Source: Gaiellaceae bacterium
Lineage (GTDB): Bacteria > Actinomycetota > Thermoleophilia > Gaiellales > Gaiellaceae
Assembly: GCA_041487575.1 (NCBI GenBank)
Contig: JBGPNP010000001.1
Location: 1 to 46,967 of the forward strand
Direction: 5' to 3'
Length of the DNA: 46,967 nucleotides
Below, piece after piece: positions 19,403 through 26,564 of the stretch; the stretch's first letter is position 1; every line of letters begins with the position of its first letter. The notes beneath the pieces were generated by a model. It did no database searches, was not told where the DNA came from, and saw only the letters and a list, made by a program, of their open reading frames with translations. A program made the translations under genes and the position numbers.

Positions 19403-20005
19403 TCATGCGGCTGGATGCTCCCTCCGGTCCTCGACGCGAGCGACCTCGCCCTTGGCGCAGATGCCGGCCCACTCCTCGGGCGTGAGAGCGCTCTCGAGCC
19501 CGATCGCCATCGCTGCGTTGATGAGAAAGCCGCGCGAGAGAAAGCTCGCCGCGTCCGCGTGTGGGTCGGCCGCTCCGTCGCGGCGAGCCTGCAGCACGAT
19601 GTATCGGAAGATGCGGGCGAGGTGGTGGCGCATCGCCTCGGCCATGTCGGGATCTTCGGCCGCCGCGTAGGCCTGGAGCTGCACCAGCAGCTGCGTACGG
19701 CGGCTCGGGAGCGCCTCCACGTACCACCGGCCGAGGGCCTGGAGCCTGGTCTCGTCCTGCTTCGGAACGACCCGCTCCCAGTCGCCGAGGAGCTGGCCGA
19801 CGCAGCGGTCGACGACGGCGAGCGAGAGCTCCTTCTTCGTCGGGAAGAAGCGGAAGACGTACGGCTGCGAGATGCCGGCCCGCTGTGCGATCGCGGCCGT
19901 CGTGGCCCCGCCGAAGCCTGCTGTCGAGATCTCCTCGCACGCGGCGTCGAGGATGTCCTCGCGCCGTTCCGCTCCGGAGTGCCTTGTCGCCGAAACCGGC
20001 TCCAC
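19403..20005 (-). CDS. TetR/AcrR family transcriptional regulator
   Basis: HTH segment TTAAIAQRAGISQPYVFRFFPTKKEL. GTG start. Lies upstream of the MFS gene on the same strand. Confidence 0.88.
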   Translation of the reverse strand: MEPVSATRHSGAERREDILDAACEEISTAGFGGATTAAIAQRAGISQPYVFRFFPTKKELSLAVVDRCVGQLLGDWERVVPKQDETRLQALGRWYVEALPSRRTQLLVQLQAYAAAEDPDMAEAMRHHLARIFRYIVLQARRDGAADPHADAASFLSRGFLINAAMAIGLESALTPEEWAGICAKGEVARVEDRREHPAA

Positions 20006-20144
20006 AGCGCCATTGAAGCATAACGGAAGTAATTAGTCAATAACAACTGGACGCCATTTCTGCCGGCATGGACTCCGCTTTCGGGGGATGGTGCGCATGT
20101 CCCTTCTCGCCGATTGTCAGACAGGAGCCGCAGAAGGACGCCGC

Positions 20145-21632
20145 ATGCCGCCGCAGACCAAGGAATCCACAGAAACCGAGAAGGGGTTCGGCACAGGCCT
20201 GCGCGCACAACTCGAGCGCCGGCGCGAGCCGGACGCCTCGAAGCGCGCCGCCGAGCCGAAGTTCGAGGACGCGCTCGCCGCTGCCAAGGCGCTCGTCGAG
20301 GCCGTCCCCGAGCCGAGCACGAACTGGAACGGCAACGGGAACGGGGCCGAAGTCGACGTCGAGGCTGTCCGCGCCGAGCTGGCCGCATCCCTCGCCCGAG
20401 AGCACGACCTTCGCTCAGCGCTCGCCGGCCAGGTCGAGACGCGCGAGCGAGAGCTGACCCTCGAGGGGGAGTTCTCCGACCGGGTCGCTGAGCTCGACGC
20501 TCGCGCAGCGCGCCTCGCTACCGTCGAGACGGAGCTCGAGGAACGCGAGCGCCGGCTGGCCGAGCAGCTCGCAGCGCTCAAGGAGCAGCAGAAGTCGCTT
20601 GGGGAGGCGGAGTCGAAGGTCGTGCGTGCCGAGGCGCTCGCGGCCAGGCACGACGAGCAGATCCAGGCCAAGATCCAGGAGCTCAAGAACGCCGACCGCG
20701 AGCGCGCCAAGGCCGCCCAGGAGCTGACCAAGCAGGCAGCGGCGCTCAACGCCCGCGACGCGAAGCTGGCGAGAGCAGAGGCGGCGCTCACGACGAAGAC
20801 GAAGGAGCTCGACGCCCGAGCCCAGGCCCGGGAGCGGGCGCTCGACGAGCGCGACACGCCCCTCCGCGAGCGCGAGCGCGAGCTCTTCAGGCTCGAGCAG
20901 AAGCTCGGCGAGCGGGAACGCGAGCTTGCGCAGCGCGACGCGCGTATGACCGCCCGCGACGAGTCGCTGGACGCGCGCGAGCGCACTCTTGACGAGCGCG
21001 AGGAGCGCCTGCGAGCGGACGCGGACAAGCTCGAGACCGAGCTCGCAGGCAAGGACAAGGGGGGCCGCGAGACGGTCGTCCGCGAGGCAGAGCTCGACGC
21101 GCGCGAGCTGGACCTCGCCGCGCGAGAGGCCGAAGTGCATCGCCGCGAGGCCGCAATCGCCCGAGCCCAGACGGACACGACCCCGGCCCGCGACTTCACC
21201 GAGCTCGAGGCGCGGTTCGCCGTGCGAGAGCGCGAGCTGGCCGGGCGAGAGCGCGAGCTCACCGAGCGGGAACGCCAGCTGGCCGAGCGCGACTCGGAGC
21301 TCGCGAACGTCGAGACGCTCACCGGTTCGCAGAAGGAGCGGCTCGAGCGCCGTGACAAGCGCGCCGCCGCGCTCGAGGAGGAGTTGAGCGAGCGCCTCGC
21401 CGATCTCGACGGGCGCGAGGCGGCGATCGAGGCGCGGGAAGCGGCGAACGAGGCCGACGTCGAGATCAGGCTCGACAAGCTCGAGCGCAAAGAGGCGGCC
21501 CTCGCGAAGCTCGAGGAGCGCCTGAAGCAGAAGGAAGCGGAGCTAGCCCGCTACGTCGCGCAGGTCCAGGGAGCCCTGAACCGGCGCGAGGACGAGTGGT
21601 GGAAGAAAGTCACGGGCGACCCGGTCGCCTAG
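20145..21632 (+). CDS. long coiled-coil protein rich in E/R/A/L
   Basis: ATG preceded by GAAGGA. About 400 aa of near-continuous heptad-like sequence with reiterated RERELxxRE/LDARE units. The track ORF starts earlier, at 20088. Confidence 0.75.
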   Translation: MPPQTKESTETEKGFGTGLRAQLERRREPDASKRAAEPKFEDALAAAKALVEAVPEPSTNWNGNGNGAEVDVEAVRAELAASLAREHDLRSALAGQVETRERELTLEGEFSDRVAELDARAARLATVETELEERERRLAEQLAALKEQQKSLGEAESKVVRAEALAARHDEQIQAKIQELKNADRERAKAAQELTKQAAALNARDAKLARAEAALTTKTKELDARAQARERALDERDTPLRERERELFRLEQKLGERERELAQRDARMTARDESLDARERTLDEREERLRADADKLETELAGKDKGGRETVVREAELDARELDLAAREAEVHRREAAIARAQTDTTPARDFTELEARFAVRERELAGRERELTERERQLAERDSELANVETLTGSQKERLERRDKRAAALEEELSERLADLDGREAAIEAREAANEADVEIRLDKLERKEAALAKLEERLKQKEAELARYVAQVQGALNRREDEWWKKVTGDPVA

Positions 21633-21641
21633 TGCGGGTCG

Positions 21642-21764
21642 ATGGCCGCCGTCTACCGAGGCCCATTCGGTCGCGAGCAGGCGGAGCGGCTGCTGTGGCG
21701 CTCGGGCTTCGGTCCCCGGCCCGGCGAAGCTGAAGCGCTCGCCGCGAAGGGGCTCGACCACGTG
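21642..21764 (+). pseudogene. N-terminal remnant of a DUF1800-family gene
   Basis: FGREQAERLLWRSGFGPRPGEAEALAAKGLD matches the conserved DUF1800 N-terminus. The rest of the ORF is low-complexity and overlaps the convergent membrane-protein gene. Confidence 0.45.
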
Positions 21765-21815
21765 TCCGGCACGGCCGGCGACGGAGCCGTCGCCGGACGC
21801 GGCCGCACCGAGCGA

Positions 21816-23243
21816 TCAAGCGACTCGCGCGTAGAGCACGGCGTGGGCATCGCGCGCGACCTCTCGGAAGCCGGGTGTTGTCGTCAGCCGCCGCTGCGCC
21901 GGGCTCCCCACGGTCACGAGCACCGCTCGGGGGGCGCGATCGAGTGCCCGCTCTCCCGAGAGCACACCTTCTAGCCAGTCGAGGTAGAGGCGCTGATCCG
22001 GCCCCGCGAAAGCGTCGATCGGGTTCGCGATCCAGACCCGGGCGCCGGCCGCGGCGAGCTGCTCGGCGGGGAGTGCGTCGGCGAGGATCGGTGTCCCGGC
22101 CGCGAGCGCCGCCGAGCGGGCCAGCAAGGCCGTGCTTGCGCCAGCCTGCGCCGGCTCGCGCACGAGCCCGAGAACGAGGAGGAGCGCCACGCTCGCCGAT
22201 CCTGCCAGCACGGCAACGCGTGGTAGCCGCATGGATCTGGCGGGAAGCGGTAGCCCACGCGCCGCCGGCCCGGCGGCGAAGAGCGCGAGCCAGACACCGT
22301 TTCGCCCGGCCTGCGCCGTGAGGAGAGCCAGCCCCGCCAGGCCAGCGAGCTCCCACATGGCCGGACGCGCCCTCAGCGCAAGCGCCACGAGGCCGAGGGC
22401 CGAGACGACAAACGCCACGTCGAAGAGCGATCGAACCGAGAGTGGCGCCCAGAGGCCGGCGCCGCGGCGGGCGGCCTCGTTCGAGAGCACCCCGATGTAG
22501 TAGTCGGGTGTCTGCCAGAGGCTCGGCGTCAGGCAGAGCGCGAGCGCCGAGGACCCCAGGACCGTGACCGCCTCGGCCGGCGAGCGACGGGCTCGGCCGA
22601 GCACGAGGTAGGCCCCCGCGAGCAGGAGCCCCAAAAGCGCCCCGCCGTGGAGGTTCGACCAGAGCGCCAGCAGCGGCACGAGCAGCCAGATCCGCCGCGA
22701 CGGCGCCCGCGCCTCCGACCGGAGCAGGACGACGAGCGCCGGGAAGAGCGCGAGCGAAAAGAGCTGGGCCCGCACGACGACGAAGGCCTGCAGGCAGGCA
22801 ATCACGACGATCAGGAGCACAAGGGCCCGCGCAAGTTCCGGGGCGCCCGCGCGGCGCATGTCGAGCGCCAGAAGCCCGAGCGCGCACGCGACCGCGAGCA
22901 CCTGCGCCAGCACGAGCCCGCGGTCGCCGGGTCCGGCCGCGAGGCCGTGGAAGACAACCTCTCCGAGCACGGGGACGTTCTGCCACCCGTCCGAGACCGC
23001 AGTTGCGAATGGCACCCCGTCCGGGATCCGACCTGTGCGAACGATCGCGCCGCCGAGCGCGACGAGCCAGCGCGCGTCCGCTCCCACCGTCGCCATGAGC
23101 GCGCACGCGGCCGTCGCAAACGCGACCGTGAGCCACGTGACGCACGCGCTCGCGAGACGACCTTGCTTGGCATCCTCCCGAGCGAAGCGAAGGGACGAGC
23201 CCCCGCCGGGGACAATGCGGAGCATTTTCCCCGGTTTACTCAC
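21816..23243 (-). CDS. polytopic integral membrane protein (10 or more predicted TM helices) with a soluble C-terminal domain; family not recognised, possibly GT-C-like
   Basis: 475-aa ORF. The GTG start overlaps the TGA of the upstream gene (GTGA). Contains many hydrophobic helices. The first 24 codons coincide with a repeated element. Confidence 0.7.
   Translation of the reverse strand: MSKPGKMLRIVPGGGSSLRFAREDAKQGRLASACVTWLTVAFATAACALMATVGADARWLVALGGAIVRTGRIPDGVPFATAVSDGWQNVPVLGEVVFHGLAAGPGDRGLVLAQVLAVACALGLLALDMRRAGAPELARALVLLIVVIACLQAFVVVRAQLFSLALFPALVVLLRSEARAPSRRIWLLVPLLALWSNLHGGALLGLLLAGAYLVLGRARRSPAEAVTVLGSSALALCLTPSLWQTPDYYIGVLSNEAARRGAGLWAPLSVRSLFDVAFVVSALGLVALALRARPAMWELAGLAGLALLTAQAGRNGVWLALFAAGPAARGLPLPARSMRLPRVAVLAGSASVALLLVLGLVREPAQAGASTALLARSAALAAGTPILADALPAEQLAAAGARVWIANPIDAFAGPDQRLYLDWLEGVLSGERALDRAPRAVLVTVGSPAQRRLTTTPGFREVARDAHAVLYARVA
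23171..23243 (-). repeat. copy 1 of the stop-codon-anchored hairpin plus 26-nt box element
   Basis: GTGAGTAAA, then hairpin CCGGGGAAAATGC-TCC-GCATTGTCCCCGG (one mismatch), then GTCCCTTCGCTTCGCTCGGGAGGATG. That box is identical to 38961..38986. Confidence 0.8.
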
Positions 23244-23626
23244 CGCTCCACGGAGACGAGGCGGTCGATCCCCTCTCGTGAGGCGTAGTCGAAGCCGGGG
23301 CCGCCGTTCACGTAGTCGGCGAGCCCGTCGCGGGCGTTCAGGTAGTCGTCCCCCGGCCCGCCGTAGAGCCTGTCGATCCCCGGCCCACCCTCGATCTTGT
23401 CGTTCCCGGGCCCGCCGCGCACGATGTCGTTCCCGAAGACGCCCGAGATGATGTCGTCGCCGCCGAAGCCGCAGATGACGTCAGGCCCAGGGGTTCCCAG
23501 CAGGGCGTCCGGCCCGGGCGTGCCCTTGATGGTGCACGGCCGCTCGCCCGCCGGCCGCGACTGGGCGGCCGACGGGATCAGAGCGGCCGCGACGAGAACG
23601 ACCGAAGCTCGCAGGACGAGCTTCAC
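23240..23626 (-). CDS. secreted calcium-binding protein with hemolysin-type (RTX-like GGxGxD) repeats
   Basis: Signal peptide MKLVLRASVVLVAAALIPSAAQS. Repeats GGDDIISG, GNDIVRG, GPGNDKIEG, GPGIDRLYG and GPGDDYLNA. The GTG start overlaps the flp3 stop. Confidence 0.8.
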   Translation of the reverse strand: MKLVLRASVVLVAAALIPSAAQSRPAGERPCTIKGTPGPDALLGTPGPDVICGFGGDDIISGVFGNDIVRGGPGNDKIEGGPGIDRLYGGPGDDYLNARDGLADYVNGGPGFDYASREGIDRLVSVER

Positions 23627-23766
23627 AGCGCTCCGACGATCGAGCTGATCATTCCCTGGGCGGACCCAGAAAGCAGCGAGAAGGCCAGGATGATCGCGGG
23701 GGTGATGACCGCGAGGATGACCGCGTACTCCGTCATCGTCTGCCCTTCCTCACGCATGGTCGACAT
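23623..23766 (-). CDS. flp: Flp family type IVb prepilin (third copy, divergent)
   Basis: Hand translation gives MSTMREEGQTMTEYAVILAVITPAIILAFSLLSGSAQGMISSIVGAL. It carries the G/XXXXEY Flp motif and SD GGAGGGGG 6 nt upstream. Below the ORF-track size cutoff. Confidence 0.85.
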   Translation of the reverse strand: MSTMREEGQTMTEYAVILAVITPAIILAFSLLSGSAQGMISSIVGAL

Positions 23767-23780
23767 GACTCACCCCCTCC

Positions 23781-24692
23781 CTAGAAGAACTTGCTGAGGT
23801 TGAGGAACGCCGGCCCGAGGATGACGATGAACATGGCCGGGAAGATGAAGAGAACTGTTGGGAAGAGCATCTTGATCGGCGCCTTCATCGCCTTCTCCTC
23901 AGCCGCCGACTGGCGCCGCAGCCGGGTGTCCGCCGCCTGCACGCGCAGGATCCGCCCGAGCGAGATGCCGAGCTGGTCGGCCTGGATGATCGACCGGGTG
24001 AAGGCAGAGATCTCCGGGACGGCGAGACGCTCGGCCATCTTCTTGAGCGCGTTCTCGCGGCTCTCGCCGATCCGCACCTCGCCGAGCATGACTGCGAACT
24101 CCTCGACTAGGGGCCCGTCCATGTGCTCGGCGAGCTTCGCGATTGCGCCGTCGAACCCCATGCCCGCCTCGACCGAGACCGCGAGGAGGTCGAGCGCGTC
24201 GGGGAGCTCGGCGCGGATGCTGTCCCGGCGGGAGCGAGCGCGCATTGTCACGATCGAGTCGGGGGCGAAGAAGCCCATCAGCGCGAAGACGAGGCCGAAG
24301 AGGACCGATCCGCCCGCACTCTTTCCGGCAACGGCCCCGACGGCTATGCCGACGGGGACACCGGCGCCGGCAAGGAGCACCTTCGTCGCAAGAAATGCCG
24401 TCGGCGAGACCGTGCGTCCGAGGCCGGCGGCGAGGAGCTTGAGGCTCACCGACTCGACCGTCGCCCTCGGCGAGACCCGGAGCACGGTCCTGGCGAGCGA
24501 GATCAAGAACGGCTGGAGTGCGCGCCTGCGGAAGTCCTCCTGCCCTGGCAGGGCGGCGCGCCCCCGGACGCGCCCGTAGTTCGCCGCGCGCCGGAGCGAG
24601 CCGGCCCGTTCGCGCGCGGGGAGAGTGACGACCTCTGCGACCAGGAAGGCAGCGAGGCCGAGGGTGGCGACTCCGAGAAGAAGAATGAGCAT
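23781..24692 (-). CDS. tadC: Flp pilus assembly platform protein TadC (T2SS F-domain family)
   Basis: 303 aa with a GspF/T2SSF-like cytoplasmic domain (LPDALDLLAVSVEAGMGFDGAI) flanked by TM segments. Confidence 0.88.
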   Translation of the reverse strand: MLILLLGVATLGLAAFLVAEVVTLPARERAGSLRRAANYGRVRGRAALPGQEDFRRRALQPFLISLARTVLRVSPRATVESVSLKLLAAGLGRTVSPTAFLATKVLLAGAGVPVGIAVGAVAGKSAGGSVLFGLVFALMGFFAPDSIVTMRARSRRDSIRAELPDALDLLAVSVEAGMGFDGAIAKLAEHMDGPLVEEFAVMLGEVRIGESRENALKKMAERLAVPEISAFTRSIIQADQLGISLGRILRVQAADTRLRRQSAAEEKAMKAPIKMLFPTVLFIFPAMFIVILGPAFLNLSKFF

Positions 24693-24695
24693 GAC

Positions 24696-26564
24696 CTAAC
24701 CCTTGAAGGAGACGATTCGCTTGAGGATGAAGGAGCCGAACGCCATCATCCCCAGGCCCAGGAAGATGAGCTTGTGGCCGGTCGAGCTCTGGTAGAGGGG
24801 CTGCATGTACTCCGAGTTCACGAGCGTCACGAGGAGCGCGATGAAGAACGGCAGCGCGATGAGGACGTAGGCCGAGGCCCGCCCCATCGCCGTCAAGCCC
24901 TTGATCTTCCGCGCGAACTGCTGGCGGTTGCGCACGGTCTCGGCGACCATGTCGAAGAGCCCGGCGAGGCTGCCGCCCACGGTGCGCTGGATGTTCACCG
25001 CGCTGATGACGAACTCGAGGTTGCTCGAGCCGATCCGCTCGGCCATATCCGAAAGGGCCTCCTCCATCCCCCGCCCGAGCTGCGTCTCGGTGAGGACCCG
25101 CTTGAACTCCTTCGCGGCCGGGTCGACGCCCTCGTCCACCACCGTCTGAATCCCCTGCCGGAAGGAGTGGCCGGCCTTGAGGGACGCCGCCATCGTCACG
25201 AGAAGGTCGGGGAGCTGGTTCTCGAAGGCCTTGAGCCGCCGGCGCGCCTTGAAGGAGGCGAAGCCGTACGGGAGCCAGGCCCCGCCGATCATCGCGGCGA
25301 GAATCGCGACGCTCGACACCCCGGCGACCGCCGCGGCGAAGCCGAAGAAGAGGCCGGCGCCGGCGATGATGTAGACGAACTCGACCGTCCGCAGCGGCAG
25401 ATCGGCGCGCGCAAGCCGCTGCTCGAGCCGGAGCCAGAAGCGCTTGCGCCCGAGGGCGCGCTCCGTGGCATGGAAGAGCGCAGCCGCCGCGGCGAGGCGC
25501 TGGCGGTCCGCCCGCCGGCGCGACTGCCGCCGCTTCTCGCCGACGTGCGGCTGGATCCGCGCACGCACCCAGGAGCCCTTCGGCCGGGTGAGCCCGAGCA
25601 GCGCGGCGACGAGCACGATCAGCCCGATCCCGAAAGCGAAGGCCTTCGGCCCCCACGACGTCTGGAAGAGCTGCTTCGGCAGGAGCTTCGACGGCCCAGG
25701 CCGCGAGACCGTGACCGAAGTTCCAGGCATCCGCGCGTCAGTCGTCGCGGACTCGCCGCCGGCCGTCGCCTCGAGATGGAGGAGCTCGCCGGGCCTGGCC
25801 GCGGTGACGTACTCGAGCTGCCAGGTTCGCCGGAGCTCCGCCGCGAGCGAGTTGTAGACCGAGCCGAGCGCCGCGCTCGAGGCGGCGCCGAAATAGCGTC
25901 CGCCGGTCGCCTCGGCGATCTGCCGGAGCGGCTCAGGCGAGAACTGGGGACCCTCGATCGCGATCGGGTAGACGGCGACGCCGGCCTGCCGGGCCGCCGC
26001 GACCGCGTCCTCGAGCGTGGCCTTGCTCGAGACGTCACGGCCGTCGGTGAGAACGATGAGCACCCGGCCTGGAAGCAGCTCGGACGCAAGCGCGTGCGCC
26101 GCGAGGACGACGGCGTCGTAGAGCGCCGTCCCGGGCATGTCGCCGATGGCGAGCGTCCGCAGGGCGGTGTCGGCGTCGATCGTCGACGTCGAGAAGCCGG
26201 TGAGCTGCTCGGCGGCACTCCCGAACGTCACGACGGCGATGCGGTCGGCGGAAGGCTTCGCCTGGAGAAACGCCCGCGCCGCAGATGTCGCGTCCGCGAG
26301 CGCCTTCCCTTGCATCGATCGCGAGCTGTCAACGGCGAGCACGACGCTCGTGAAGCGCGCGAGGTTCTGCGCCGAGAAGCCCGCCACCGGCTGCCCGTTC
26401 TCGGTTAGCTCCGGCGGCGGCGCGGAGATGGTAGGCGCCACGACCAGCGCGTGGACGACCGGGTAGCCGGCCACGTCGACACCCCGGATCTCGACGCCGG
26501 CGCTGGCCGCCGGGACGGCGGCTAGCGCCCAGATAGTGAGCAGGATGCGCAGCATCCTGCTCAC
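24696..26564 (-). CDS. tadB: fusion protein: signal peptide plus extracytoplasmic vWA domain plus TadB-like T2SS F-domain platform protein
   Basis: vWA MIDAS motif VVLAVDSSRSMQG and LTDGRD. C-terminal half has LPDLLVTMAASLKAGHSFRQGI (T2SSF). The GTG start overlaps the tadA stop (GTGA). Confidence 0.85.
   Translation of the reverse strand: MSRMLRILLTIWALAAVPAASAGVEIRGVDVAGYPVVHALVVAPTISAPPPELTENGQPVAGFSAQNLARFTSVVLAVDSSRSMQGKALADATSAARAFLQAKPSADRIAVVTFGSAAEQLTGFSTSTIDADTALRTLAIGDMPGTALYDAVVLAAHALASELLPGRVLIVLTDGRDVSSKATLEDAVAAARQAGVAVYPIAIEGPQFSPEPLRQIAEATGGRYFGAASSAALGSVYNSLAAELRRTWQLEYVTAARPGELLHLEATAGGESATTDARMPGTSVTVSRPGPSKLLPKQLFQTSWGPKAFAFGIGLIVLVAALLGLTRPKGSWVRARIQPHVGEKRRQSRRRADRQRLAAAAALFHATERALGRKRFWLRLEQRLARADLPLRTVEFVYIIAGAGLFFGFAAAVAGVSSVAILAAMIGGAWLPYGFASFKARRRLKAFENQLPDLLVTMAASLKAGHSFRQGIQTVVDEGVDPAAKEFKRVLTETQLGRGMEEALSDMAERIGSSNLEFVISAVNIQRTVGGSLAGLFDMVAETVRNRQQFARKIKGLTAMGRASAYVLIALPFFIALLVTLVNSEYMQPLYQSSTGHKLIFLGLGMMAFGSFILKRIVSFKG

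Noticed and set aside
20117-21490. 457-aa Ser/Arg-rich minus-strand ORF
   Set aside because: It is the mirror image of the repetitive GAG/CGC-rich coiled-coil gene on the plus strand. It is extremely low in complexity, with no start context.
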